DNA of 63,249 bases, counting the filler, from Octopus bimaculoides (taxonomy: Eukaryota), in assembly GCF_001194135.2 (NCBI RefSeq). It is 6 parts of 5 records of this genome, joined end to end, with 100 filler letters (N's around TTAATTAATTAA, not from the genome) between each part and the next. Parts side by side here need not be neighbours in the genome. Positions count along the whole stretch, not along the records: positions 1 to 19,371 come from NC_068989.1; 5 more parts are not named here. One strand, 5' to 3'. The position numbers and the translations under genes are program-made. Within the stretch, counting starts at the first letter, position 1; each line of letters starts with the position of its first letter. Of this stretch, positions 1 through 12,459 are shown in pieces. The notes beneath the pieces were generated by a model. The model was given only the letters and a program-made list of their open reading frames with translations, made no database searches and had not been told where the DNA came from.

Positions 1-548
1 ATATATATTCATACATATATACATGCATGCATACATGCACACATACATACATACATACATACATACATACATACATACAGCGATAGGTCTGTCCATGTTC
101 GAATGTACACAAACGTACTAGATATCGAACATACATATATTATATTCAACGCAGCTTCGTACCAGTTTATTTCATTTACGTGGGCATGTGTATATGTGTT
201 TATATGTATATAAGTGTGGGGATCTATGTATACAAATAAATAAACGTATACACGCACGTACACATATGTATACACGCATATGAATCCGTTAATCCTGCCT
301 GTATGTGCATCGTGCTTGACCGTGTTTGTTTATATGTATATGTGTATATGCATATATTTTGATATGTATGTGAGTTTCTATATGGAGGTACTTCAAGTTC
401 ATGTATGTATCGGACCCGGTATTATTCTAGTTTTATTTCTTATCTATTCTCTACGTATATTCTGATTTTTATTATTGTGATTTCAATTTTCGGTCCGTTT
501 CATATTAAATAATTTGAGTTTTAAACTTAATTAAACTTAATCTTTCAG

Positions 549-648
549 ATTGTGTTCTTGCATGGATACTGCCAGATTTTTGGTGAAATGTAGAAATAAA
601 AAAAACGATGCCAACGTATACAAAACGACTTATCATGAGAATGGTACG
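549..648 (+). CDS. Candidate internal exon of an unidentified upstream gene (xLCSCMDTARFLVKCRNKKNDANVYKTTYHENGT)
   Basis: Acceptor TCTTTCAG| and donor ACG|GTAAGA. One open frame, phase 2 to phase 0. No homology recognised. Confidence 0.3.
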
Positions 649-740
649 GTAAGAAATTAGATTTATATAAGGAACTCTAATATATATTTCTTTCTGTCAA
701 ATGATATACTTTATTTTGTCTCTTCGGATTACATTCACAG

Positions 741-759
741 GTCTGTGCAAAGATTCCTA
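741..759 (+). CDS. Candidate 19-nt micro-exon (VCAKIP)
   Basis: CACAG| ... |GTAAGC. The phase-0 start matches the end of 549-648 across a 92-nt intron. Confidence 0.25.
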
Positions 760-847
760 GTAAGCACTTTTAATAGTTCCATCTATCTTTAAGTAAACAA
801 CCGGTGATCATTCAGTTAATGCATGTTAAATGTTTCTATATTTGTTG

Positions 848-1202
848 GCACTCCGTCGCTTACGACGTCGTGGGTTCCAGTTGATGCGATCAACGGAACA
901 GCCTGCTCGTGAAATTAACGTGCAAGTGGCTGAGCACTCCACAGACACGTGTACCCCTAACGTAGTTCTCGAGGATATTCCTGCGTGACACAGTGTGACA
1001 AGGATGACCCTTTGAATTACAGGCACAACAGAAACAGGAAGTAAGAGTCAGAGAAAGTTGTGGTGAAAGGGTACAGCAGGGTTCGCCACTATCCCCTGCC
1101 GGAGCCTCGTGGAGCTTTAGGTGTTTTCGCTCAATAAACACCAACAACGCCCGGTCTGGGAATCGAAACCGCGATCCTATGACCGCGAGTCCGCTGCCCT
1201 AA
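848..1202 (-). mobile_element. tRNA-derived SINE, family A (head runs into gap)
   Basis: Minus-strand tRNA-like head with B-box-like GGTTTCGATTCC. The body (GGAACAGCCTGCTCGTGAAATTAACGTGCAAGTGGCTGAGCACTCC) recurs at 29361, 39750 and 46720. Confidence 0.85.
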
Positions 1203-3460
1203 NNNNNNNNNNNNNNNNNNNNNNNNNNNNNNNNNNNNNNNNNNNNNNNNNNNNNNNNNNNNNNNNNNNNNNNNNNNNNNNNNNNNNNNNNNNNNNNNNN
1301 NNNNNNNNNNNNNNNNNNNNNNNNNNNNNNNNNNNNNNNNNNNNNNNNNNNNNNNNNNNNNNNNNNNNNNNNNNNNNNNNNNNNNNNNNNNNNNNNNNNN
1401 NNNNNNNNNNNNNNNNNNNNNNNNNNNNNNNNNNNNNNNNNNNNNNNNNNNNNNNNNNNNNNNNNNNNNNNNNNNNNNNNNNNNNNNNNNNNNNNNNNNN
1501 NNNNNNNNNNNNNNNNNNNNNNNNNNNNNNNNNNNNNNNNNNNNNNNNNNNNNNNNNNNNNNNNNNNNNNNNNNNNNNNNNNNNNNNNNNNNNNNNAGAG
1601 AGAGAGAGAGAGAAACGAACATGAGACCTATCTAAGACTCACTCTATCTATAATGCTTCAACTGAGAAAATGTAGTGCATGAAATTACTTCCTAAATTTT
1701 AAAGAGGATGAACTGAAACAAATCATTTCATTACTACAGTGAGGATGTGAACTCTACCTCTTTTAGTAGCACGACAGTGTAGCTAGCTTTTTAAATCACA
1801 ACTAAGCAAGTTTATACACCTCTCCTCCCGACGAATGTTCTGACAAGAACTACACATCTAACAGTTCCAGAATAATCTGATAGTACTTCACCCTATGACG
1901 CGGTGTGTCTCAACTATTTTTTACTTATGGATTCCTATTTTACTCAGATGGATTCTCCAAGCCATTCAATATCTAAAAAAATCCTGTTATAATTTTATAA
2001 TTAAATTTTAGGAATTGTATAAAAATAATTATTAAAAATATTTTATTTATTGTAGATGGGCAACCAATTTATTGCAGATAAATTTTAACAAAATCTTAAA
2101 TGGGCTCCTAACGGCCATATAGATCCCGGTTGAGATCCACTATTATTGCAGGTTCATCCGTCCTCATGAGAAGTTTTTGATTTTTGCCCTATTGTCTTTC
2201 TCGGAATTGTCCCACAAAATTTACCTTGTACGGGTTCCAGATTCATAGTTAACGACCCCACAATGTAACAGGTTGTACTATATTGTATAAAACAAGTATC
2301 ACTTAAAACACATTTCCTACATACTGCGTTTAATCACCTCTATTAATTAATTCAATAAAGAAATAACGATATTCATACCATCTAGAAAAATAAATATGCT
2401 ATAAAAACCTGGATCGGATTGATTTTATTATTGCTATCTATTTGAAAATATAGCCACGAAACGCGCGTAGTCTACTTAATACCATTTACTATTTATTGTT
2501 TTATGTACTTTATTGAGTTTTAGAATAAGGTTTTTATAGTATATTTATTTTTCTATGGTATGAATATCGTTTTTTCTTTATTGAATTAATAGAGGTTTCT
2601 CTCTCTCTCTCTCTCTCTNNNNNNNNNNNNNNNNNNNNNNNNNNNNNNNNNNNNNNNNNNNNNNNNNNNNNNNNNNNNNNNNNNNNNNNNNNNNNNNNNN
2701 NNNNNNNNNNNNNNNNNNNNNNNNNNNNNNNNNNNNNNNNNNNNNNNNNNNNNNNNNNNNNNNNNNNNNNNNNNNNNNNNNNNNNNNNNNNNNNNNNNNN
2801 NNNNNNNNNNNNNNNNNNNNNNNNNNNNNNNNNNNNNNNNNNNNNNNNNNNNNNNNNNNNNNNNNNNNNNNNNNNNNNNNNNNNNNNNNNNNNNNNNNNN
2901 NNNNNNNNNNNNNNNNNNNNNNNNNNNNNNNNNNNNNNNNNNNNNNNNNNNNNNNNNNNNNNNNNNNNNNNNNNNNNNNNNNNNNNNNNNNNNNNNNNNN
3001 NNNNNNNNNNNNNNNNNNNNNNNNNNNNNNNNNNNNNNNNNNNNNNNNNNNNNNNNNNNNNNNNNNNNNNNNNNNNNNNNNNNNNNNNNNNNNNNNNNNN
3101 NNNNNNNNNNNNNNNNNNNNNNNNNNNNNNNNNNNNNNNNNNNNNNNNNNNNNNNNNNNNNNNNNNNNNNNNNNNNNNNNNNNNNNNNNNNNNNNNNNNN
3201 NNNNNNNNNNNNNNNNNNNNNNNNNNNNNNNNNNNNNNNNNNNNNNNNNNNNNNNNNNNNNNNNNNNNNNNNNNNNNNNNNNNNNNNNNNNNNNNNNNNN
3301 NNNNNNNNNNNNNNNNNNNNNNNNNNNNNNNNNNNNNNNNNNNNNNNNNNNNNNNNNNNNNNNNNNNNNNNNNNNNNNNNNNNNNNNNNNNNNNNNNNNN
3401 NNNNNNNNNNNNNNNNNNNNNNNNNNNNNNNNNNNNNNNNNNNNNNNNNNNATATATATA

Positions 3461-4070
3461 CGACGTCTGATCAATAAGTATCCAGCCTGCTGTTATAGTA
3501 ACGAAGTTAAAGCACGCAGAGTGAAGTTGCTTGGTACACATTGATCTTGACCTCTGTTGTGTACGTGCACTAAGTTTTAACGCACTAGCTTACTTCCGCT
3601 GTTTACAGCAGTGCTTGCAAGGAAGGTGGGTAGCGTGTGATCGTCGTATTGACCATGACAGAGAAGCTTGAGCAGAGAATCTGCATTAAATTTTCCCAAA
3701 AGCTTGGCGATGCCTGCTCAGAGTCCTACACAAAGGTTTTCAAAAATGTTCATCATTCTCGACACAATCAAGATCTTGTACAACTGAATGACACCCGAGT
3801 GTCTTTTAGGTCAGCTGAAAGCAGTTTTGGCCCAAACTTGGCAGACACGCATCTTATACCCAAATCTTCAGTGACAATGGACTGGACTGAAGTGAAACTA
3901 ACCTGCACATCCTCTGATAACTCACGGATGGTGATTCAACAATTTCCCCTTAAAGCTGCATGCACATCTGCAATTTTTTTTTCAGTTCTGCTGGTAGCGG
4001 CTCTCCCAGAACGTTCGTCAATATCGACATTTTTTCGGCCATCTCAGAAGCGTCTGAACCACTCGTACAC

Positions 4071-4078
<8 letters not shown>
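3461..4078. mobile_element. Mariner transposon remnant with an internal inversion
   Basis: TA|CGACGTCTGATCAATAAGT mariner-type terminus. + strand MTEKLEQRICIKFSQKLG from 3655. - strand TQVYEWFRRF*DGR...ERSGR...TIRELSEDV...VSAKFGPKLL at 4078-3730. Confidence 0.85.
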
Positions 4079-4102
<24 letters not shown>

Positions 4103-5522
4103 NNNNNNNNNNNNNNNNNNNNNNNNNNNNNNNNNNNNNNNNNNNNNNNNNNNNNNNNNNNNNNNNNNNNNNNNNNNNNNNNNNNNNNNNNNNNNNNNNN
4201 NNNNNNNNNNNNNNNNNNNNNNNNNNNNNNNNNNNNNNNNNNNNNNNNNNNNNNNNNNNNNNNNNNNNNNNNNNNNNNNNNNNNNNNNNNNNNNNNNNNN
4301 NNNNNNNNNNNNNNNNNNNNNNNNNNNNNNNNNNNNNNNNNNNNNNNNNNNNNNNNNNNNNNNNNNNNNNNNNNNNNNNNNNNNNNNNNNNNNNNNNNNN
4401 NNNNNNNNNNNNNNNNNNNNNNNNNNNNNNNNNNNNNNNNNNNNNNNNNNNNNNNNNNNNNNNNNNNNNNNNNNNNNNNNNNNNNNNNNNNNNNNNNNNN
4501 NNNNNNNNNNNNNNNNNNNNNNNNNNNNNNNNNNNNNNNNNNNNNNNNNNNNNNNNNNNNNNNNNNNNNNNNNNNNNNNNNNNNNNNNNNNNNNNNNNNN
4601 NNNNNNNNNNNNNNNNNNNNNNNNNNNNNNNNNNNNNNNNNNNNNNNNNNNNNNNNNNNNNNNNNNNNNNNNNNNNNNNNNNNNNNNNNNNNNNNNNNNA
4701 TATATATATATATATATATAATCTATTCATCCCTTTTAAGTCTCAAATAAAAGAAACGAATACTTATTTCCTATAATATTGAGAAAAGAGACATTGAAAC
4801 AGCGCATATATAAACAATGCAAATCTTTTCTCTACGTCGCCATGATCTGCCATAGACATTTTAGTTTTATTACTGCAGATAATACCCCAACACACATATG
4901 TTAGCGTCAGAATATTTAAAATATCTTTTAAACTCTCAAAACTTATCACCAAAGCAATTCACAGGGAAATATTTCAGTAACAGAGTATTATAAATGCAAT
5001 ATTACTATTATGTTTCGTTGACTTCAATAAATGTAAAGAAATATTTATTGTCTGTTCATGTGTAAAAAAAAATAATATGAAACAGCTGAATTGTAAGTCG
5101 TTTACCATTGCGTTAAATAGCTTCATGATTTTCCTCTTTGTAGTTGACGTCGGTTGCTTTTCGATCAGTTCCGTCTCTATTAGGAAGCAGAAGGAAATAA
5201 CTGACATAATTTACCTCGCAGACTGTGCGCTTTACTGCCGTAAATATAAATATTACGGATATTCTGTCAAGTAAGGGAACAATTATATTTACTTCATATT
5301 ATTTTCTAAAAACGAGCCATTTCATCGATTTTATAAAGCTTAGAGTTATTTTATTTGTCAGGTTCTATTTTGGTGAGTAATGCTGTATGTTGTATAAGAC
5401 AGAATACGATCTTTACTCTCGTTTAATATTTGAGCACACAAACTGCTTTCGTACCCTAGATGAAATTTATTTATTTCTATGCATGTCTTCAAGCAGCTTT
5501 AGAAAAATATAACCATCATATA

Positions 5523-6319
5523 CGAGGGGGTGCTGAAAAGTTCCTGGCTTTGCGTGAAAGAAAATACAGGAGATTCAGTTTACTATGACTTATTTTCAAG
5601 ATATTCCCCTCTCAGATTCACACATTTATTGCAGTGGTTTTTCAATTTTCTAAGCCCTGTAAAAGAAATCGGGGATCTTTTTTAAAACGGGGGCCACATT
5701 TTTCATTAACGAAACACTTTGAAACTTGGAACACTGGTAGAATGTGTCATATAAAACATCTTTTTCTCTTAGTCTTCTTTAAAAAAAAAGAAATCCCTAA
5801 GTTATTCCATGTTAAAGTTGTCGTATTTCTGTAATTTCAACCAATCACTGACGTCCATTCAGCCGATATACATTAAGTGCCGACTACATAAACAAACGAT
5901 TCTGAAACAATTCTATCGGTGATAGGGTTAGGGTTAGGGTAAAACAGCAAATTTAAAAAGAAAAAAGCAAATAAAACGAAGAAAAAAAAGAAAATGAAAA
6001 AAGCAAATAAAACGAAGCTATGGCTTAATCAGCCAAAGGAGTAAATGTAAACAACTGAATACTTGTCAGTGATTGGTTGAAATTATGGAAATAAGACAAT
6101 ATTTTACATGAAATAAATTCGAATACAAAAATATTTTTCTGTTCTATAACACAAAATAGATAAGTATACGAAGTTTGAAAGTTTTTCGGTATCAAAAACA
6201 CTACGTAAAACATTAATGAAAAATGTGGCCCCCGTTTTAAAAAAGATCCGAAATCGGAAGGTTGGGTCTCCAGCCTTTCACGATATCCTTAAAGCCAGGA
6301 ATATTTCAGCACCGCCTCG
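5523..6319. mobile_element. Mariner-derived MITE carrying a nested insertion
   Basis: TA TSDs at 5521-22 and 6320-21. 29-bp TIRs CGAGGGGGTGCTGAAAAGTTCCTGGCTTT with 3 mismatches between the arms. Confidence 0.85.
5673..6249. mobile_element. Merlin-like palindromic MITE
   Basis: Perfect 37-bp TIRs starting GGATCTTTTTTAAAACGGGGGCCAC. 8-bp TSD GAAATCGG at 5665-72 and 6250-57. Long imperfect inner arms. Confidence 0.85.
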
Positions 6320-6509
6320 TAATTTATATCCATCTATACCCAAAATATCATTAAAGTGTGCTATTTGTTGATTTTCTTTCTCTCTCTCTCTCTCTCTCTC
6401 TTTTTTATTTATTTTTTATTTACTTTCTGGAAAACCAACCATTCATACACCCTGATACATTATTCTGTTCTCAAATATGACCGATTGATTACAAAGTTAG
6501 TTTTACAAT

Positions 6510-7100
6510 AATGAAGTCAAGGGTTCAAACCCGCTGTGCGGTACCTTGGAAAAATGTATTCTACCATAGTCTCTAGTTGATCCAAGCTTTGTGATTGACA
6601 CTGGATGTACAGAAACTGAACTAACCCACCGAGTGGACTGCGTGTATGTGTATGTGTATTGCAAGGGGCCCAGTCTCGTTACTCTCAGCCTCATACAAAG
6701 CCTTAGCGAGGAATATATTAACTGGAGAAGTATTTGCAGAAAACTAGGCTTTTTGTAATGTATTACTCAAACATTACGAGACAGTTAACACTCCACTATT
6801 ACAATCTAGATTAATTAATAATACTCAATATTACAATAAAGATTGTTAATAATGATAATTATAATGCTTGTCACTTATACAGGATCAATGATTACCATGC
6901 AAGTTAATAAGAAATACTTCCGTAATTCCATATACGATAATCACTAATGTTCCATAATTGCATTATAAATTAATTAGGCAAAATATACTGATAGAATAAA
7001 TACCAGGCTTAAGAACAAAATAAGTCCTGGAGGTCGATTTGTTCGACTAAAACCCTTCAAGGGAAGTGCTCCAGCATGGTCACAGCCAAATGACTGCATT
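6510..7100 (+). mobile_element. Degraded SINE, family C (5' and 3' parts)
   Basis: Matches the 12661-13105 copy at its 5' end (GGTTCAAACCCGCTGTGCGGTACCTTGG) and 3' end (AATAAGTCCTGGAGGTCGATTTGTTCGACT...CTCCAGCATGG). Confidence 0.6.
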
Positions 7101-7379
7101 GTATGACTGAATTCTGTGCTGGATTCTATGTGGTCACGCAGTCTCGTATATTTACATGGTAGATAAGCTTTCTAGTAATACTAGCCATCTTCAAGGCATA
7201 ACCAACTGTCATTGAAAAGAGCGCAGTCATAACGAGGTCTTCGTTTTCTTGATCCATTCGTCATGGTTCTGCTACATTACAGGTGAGCTAGGGCTAAACT
7301 TCAAGCAACAGTTGCAACAAAACTCGACCTTCTGGAAATAGCAAACAAATCTGCCTTAGTCCATGCGAATATATGTTTG

Positions 7380-7413
<34 letters not shown>

Positions 7414-7813
7414 TTATGCATGCATGTATGTATGTATGTATATGTGTGTATGTATGTATGTATGTATGTTTGTATGTGTGTATGTATGTATGTATGTACT
7501 TCAGGCGTAAATGCCCATCTTCAGGAGAAAAACAGTCTAGGAAGTGTCCAGTTGTGCAGGTTCCGTTAACCCATTCAAATCCCTAAGTGTTATGCATGTA
7601 TGTATGTGTGTATGTTTTATGTATGTGTCTCTGTGTGTATATGTGTGTATGATTGTGTGTGTGTGTGCGTGTGTGTGTATGTGCGTGTATGTGTGTGTGT
7701 GTATACACATAATAGAAATCATATTAGAATACATAAAATGTCATAGGTGAATACGCTATTTTTATGACAGCGTGTTTGTGCTAGTGTGTACACGTGTGTG
7801 TGTTGTGTGTGTG

Positions 7814-7849
<36 letters not shown>

Positions 7850-8975
7850 GCGTGCATGTGAGGTGCATCCGTAATTAACCGGCATTTTACACACATTATT
7901 AAGACAAACAATTATCTAAATTGAGTATTATTTTAGACTATAGTGAAATTACGCACATACACATATACACTTATTGAATGACTGTTAATGATTAACCTAT
8001 ATTCTAATTATGGTATATTACTAATGAGTCTTCATTGCAAGAATTGCAAGTAATTAAAATACCTTGTAATTATGAACTTGAAATATAAAAATCTACTATA
8101 TTCAACATTTATTGATTCTTACTAATTAACCAAAATTGCAACGTATTTTTATGTAGTAGTGATTAACATGCATTTCAAATATTGAGTGTAAGTAATTAAC
8201 TTAATATTAACGAACATTTCGCAGAGCACTCATACTGACATTGATGCGCTAGATTAAATAGAACAGAATAGACACAGTTTATGTATTTGTCTATAAAGAC
8301 AAAGTATAACCTTTGCTAGTAGATTAAAGCTCCTTCGCAAATGATCAGCTATTATTTTGTAAACAATGTTTTGAAACTGTTCATACGTTCGAAAGGAGAG
8401 AGCTGACTCTCACACTCAGTGTTGGAAGCCCAATATTACTCAATAGAGGGTGAAGGTGTTGGGCGGGGGCAGGGGGCATGGGGGAAAAGGTCGGACTGAT
8501 CTCTGCAGGAGAAGGTAGGCCTCTCTATTCCGCTTACAAAACATATTTTCCTCAGTTGGTAGAATTNNNNNNNNNNNNNNNNNNNNNNNNNNNNNNNNNN
8601 NNNNNNNNNNNNNNNNNNNNNNNNNNNNNNNNNNNNNNNNNNNNNNNNNNNNNNNNNNNNNNNNNNNNNNNNNNNNNNNNNNNNNNNNNNNNNNNNNNNN
8701 NNNNNNNNNNNNNNNNNNNNNNNNNNNNNNNNNNNNNNNNNNNNNNNNNNNNNNNNNNNNNNNNNNNNNNNNNNNNNNNNNNNNNNNNNNNNNNNNNNNN
8801 NNNNNNNNNNNNNNNNNNNNNNNNNNNNNNNNNNNNNNNNNNNNNNNNNNNNNNNNNNNNNNNNNNNNNNNNNNNNNNNNNNNNNNNNNNNNNNNNNNNN
8901 NNNNNNNNNNNNNNNNNNNNNNNNNNNNNNNNNNNNNNNNNNNNNNNNNNNNNNNNNNNNNNNNNNNNNNNNNNN

Positions 8976-9190
8976 TATTATGGTGGTTGTCTACTCCTTA
9001 AACAGAGTTTGACCACCTCCTGCACCTACACCTTAGCCCTTTCATGGCGTCTGATGTGGCTTTTTAAACCAGACAGTGTTTTGAAAAAACACCCACACAG
9101 ATTGCACCTCTGATTTGCACTACCAATACCTGCAAGTAAGTTCTGCTCATTGCGGATCCTAACATGTCTTTTAAGACCCCCATTGGATTT
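8976..9190 (-). mobile_element. 3' end of a non-LTR retrotransposon (RTE-like) with a terminal zinc-finger-like motif
   Basis: CNLCGCFFKTLSGLKSHIRRH then a stop, a short 3' UTR and a repeat tail. No TGEKP linkers. 5' end truncated at a microsatellite. Confidence 0.65.
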
Positions 9191-9467
9191 GCAATGTATA
9201 TATACATACATACATGCCTGTCTGAATGTCTGTCTGTATGTACGTATATGTATGTAATATGTATCTGCGTGAATGCATATGTATACATAAGGAAATATAT
9301 ATTCATATACCTGTGCATATATATATGTGTGTATTTGTATGTATAAGAATGTGTGTGTACGTGTGCTTTTTATTTTCTATTATTTTATCTGGCGCATCAC
9401 ATATGATATTGGTACTGGTTGTACGATGCTTGTACATTATTTAACAATTGGTAAATGAGAGAGTTTA

Positions 9468-9525
9468 ATGTCGTTACTCTCGTTTGCATTTCTTGCCGTG
9501 ACGCTATTTTTTTCTGGAATTGCAG
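9468..9525 (+). CDS. Candidate first coding exon: signal peptide MSLLSFAFLAVTLFFSGIA
   Basis: ATG, hydrophobic core, small residues at the likely cleavage site, and a phase-1 donor GCAG|GTAGTA. Confidence 0.55.
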
Positions 9526-9597
9526 GTAGTAAATTATCCAGTTGCATTTTAAATACACCTACTTCGCTCCATATAAATTTCTGTTTCTTTGTCCAAG

Positions 9598-9639
9598 ATA
9601 ATCATTTAAAATCTGTGGACTTTCTGACTCTTACATGGT
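9598..9639 (+). CDS. Candidate exon 2 (DNHLKSVDFLTLTW)
   Basis: Strong acceptor TTTCTGTTTCTTTGTCCAAG|, in frame with exon 1. Donor |GTAATA (phase 1); an alternative donor lies 2 nt upstream. Confidence 0.45.
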
Positions 9640-11057
9640 GTAATATATAGTCCTAATTCTCGCACTCTCATCTAGCTGTTTTATTTTGGAAATACAGTAT
9701 CATCTGAACCTAAAATATTATGGTGAAACTTTATCATATTATCTATAATATAAATCATACTTGAAAGAAGGTAGCAAAAACTCAGATAACAGAAAGTGTG
9801 ACTATTTTAGCCAATATTTGTAATCTATCTTATATTGAATTACAAAAAGAAGCGAAGTAGAAATATATCCTCGATGAGGCTATTATATTCATAAGGAGTG
9901 TTATAGTATAAGCATATTATTAGTTTAATATTAGTCAAAATGGGAATCAGTAAGAAGCTTAGGTTAATTTTTCTTAAGAAAGAAATTAATTATGGTTCTA
10001 ATATTCATTACTCTTTGTGAAATGTCTTAGAAAAAAATTGCAAAAATTAGTTTCTTGTAAGAAGAGCAATAACTCAAAACGAATTGTCGTATATATTCCC
10101 GATGCTCATCATCTCATCATTTTACAGTAAACATACGTATATTCGTACGTACGTATGTCTGTATGTACATATGTGTGTGTGTGGGTACGTATATGTATAT
10201 GATATGAAAATGGGTGTTTCATCTATAATGTAAAAGAAAGTTACTGTAGCTATTGAAAGTTCTTGTTTGCACACACAAAATTAAAACTGATCAAAAACTT
10301 ACCAATTACTGTATCATAATTTCAGTATTTTATCACACAGCCATAGTGGTGTCTTAGTTGATTACACCATGAATAAAAAACTGGTATAATTCTGGAGAAA
10401 TTAATTCTCACTGTACTTCACTTACGCCACTCAAATTTTCTCACTCAAGTATTTGCCCACCCTACATTATTACTACAAATGCCATCAGTGGAAGGTAAGC
10501 TCAGCTGACACATCGGCCCATAGCCAAGGAGTGTACTTGTATATCTCATGGGCTTCTACCCGAATGAAAACTTGAATTTGGGAGCAGTTTTATAATGTCT
10601 TGTGAAGTTTCTGTCGGAGGCACCTTATGACATGAACGTACTTTTATACTAATCTCTTACGTGAATCGAACAGAGATACAGCAAACAATGGAAAATAAAC
10701 ACGCTGAATATTGATTCAGTTAATTTCTTCGAACACTTTCCCAACAAATATACAACTAAATTCTTCATTATCGGAACAAATATCATCCTCTGCTTGAATC
10801 TATGTTCAAATGAATATAGAAATCAAGAAATACACCCTAGTTTTTGGTTTCGAATTCAGTGGTGACTGTCTCTTTTAGTTGCGGATTCTTTCATGACTTT
10901 ACATCCAACTTTACTTTTAATTCTCGATCCTTTGACATGTTCACTTCTTAAAGAACAGTAGCGATAAAATGCAGATGATGGGAGAATCACGACAACTACC
11001 GCTTTTCTTTTTTCATTTGGAGGAAATAATGACAGTGGTAGTATTTCGTTGTTGCAG

Positions 11058-11127
11058 ACGCACGTGATACATTAACAGCTGTAACGCCAATGACATCGCC
11101 TAATGTCCAAGCCCATTGTTTCTCATT
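11058..11127 (+). CDS. Candidate exon (YARDTLTAVTPMTSPNVQAHCFS), supplies WSC Cys1
   Basis: TTTCGTTGTTGCAG| ... TT|GTAAGA. Only the phase-1 frame is open; ends in phase 2. Confidence 0.45.
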
Positions 11128-12084
11128 GTAAGAATAGCTACCTGAGCAATGAGGTTTCATAATGATGTTAGCAATTCACATTTGATAGGTACATTTTATT
11201 CGCTGCGAAGGAGATATTAAGTACGAAGCCTTATCAAATACAGTGTTGTTTCTTGCGCTGCTGTTTCGTACTTACCTGTTGAATTCATCTAGACTCTCCC
11301 GCCAAACGTTTCTTTTTCCTTTACCGTTAGCTTCCAGCGTTAGTAGACTCGTGTTTATTTGTTTGTTATCGAATTTTTTACTGTTAGGTTTTTCACATCA
11401 GTTGCTACGAGTTGATTTCTTATGTATGTGTTTCTTGCTTGTTTATTTTATCATTGTGCTTTGAAGTATTACTACTGCTATTAGTTTTCTATTTTTGTGG
11501 GACATTTTATAGATTATATATTATCCTCTAGTATTTTTCTATCTAATTTTGTTTTGTGACGTATGGTATGATGTGTTGCAATAGTTCCCTGTTGTAGATG
11601 CATGATGAGTGTACAAATGGGTGTTGGGTTTGGCAGCTTTCAGTTTTACAGCCATACAAATATATAGACTCCATAAAGTTTCTCATAAATTGAAGTTTAA
11701 TCATAAAAGCCATGCTAATGTCGCAATACAATGCCAGACATTTGACAGCTGATGGAGAATGTTAAATCTTTGTTATGAGAGCCTACCAGTGTATAAGAAA
11801 TGCCAAGTATATTCAGTTCTTGAAAATAAAACTACGAACATATGGACGTACCAAATATTAATTCAGGCACTTTATTGTTTCCCACTAGCTGTAGAAAACT
11901 AGTAAGAAAATGTGAAAAACTAAAGCAAAAAACATAAAAATTGAACAACGTTGTAAAAACTATTCAACATATATACAAGCATGGACATTTTGTCTTATGA
12001 TGCAATTGCTAGTCAGTACATGCTGTTGACAAAGCCCAAAGAGGCAGAAATGTGCATCTAACATTCATATGACTGCTGTTGGAA

Positions 12085-12152
12085 AAGACAGGTGGTGTAA
12101 ACAACAAATGGATGTATTAGTTTAACGCTCGGGAATACAGAAAGTCTTTAAC
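12085..12152 (-). mobile_element. Penelope-type tail fragment
   Basis: Near-identical reverse complement of part of 34490-34565 (TTCCCGAGCGTTAAACTAATACATCCATTTGTTGTTTACACCACCTGTC). Confidence 0.65.
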
Positions 12153-12189
12153 GTTTTGAGTATATGTATATATATATACTTATATATAC

Positions 12190-12252
<63 letters not shown>

Positions 12253-12459
12253 TATACATATTTACACACACACTCTCACATATATGTCAGTCGACACTTC
12301 AGAGTAGCTCAACCAAATGCCGTTTAGGATGTCTTTTACAGAAAATAAAACAAATTACTGCTCCGTGCACACACGTACGTAAACACATGCATACGCACAC
12401 TAATACACTCATGCCTACATACGCGAGCACATACATATTTTAAAATATACTTATATCTT

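Noticed and set aside
848-1202. tRNA genes at SINE heads
   Set aside because: A/B boxes are present, but there is no complete cloverleaf and the heads continue into SINE bodies.
2440-2480. Helitron 3' end (GCCACGAAACGCGCGTAGTCTACT)
   Set aside because: Hairpin is weak and there is no CTRR terminus.
5923-5940. Telomere or chromosome-fusion scar
   Set aside because: Only about three TTAGGG units, located inside a MITE.
9026-9211. C2H2 zinc-finger gene of the expanded cephalopod family
   Set aside because: Single terminal finger with no TGEKP linkers, followed by a stop and a retroposon-like tail.
10300-10660. Penelope reverse transcriptase remnant (DIIKLL...QVHSLAMG on the - strand)
   Set aside because: No YVDD motif or other downstream RT motif follows; similarity is too thin. 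Several + strand exon readings are also possible here and cannot be resolved.
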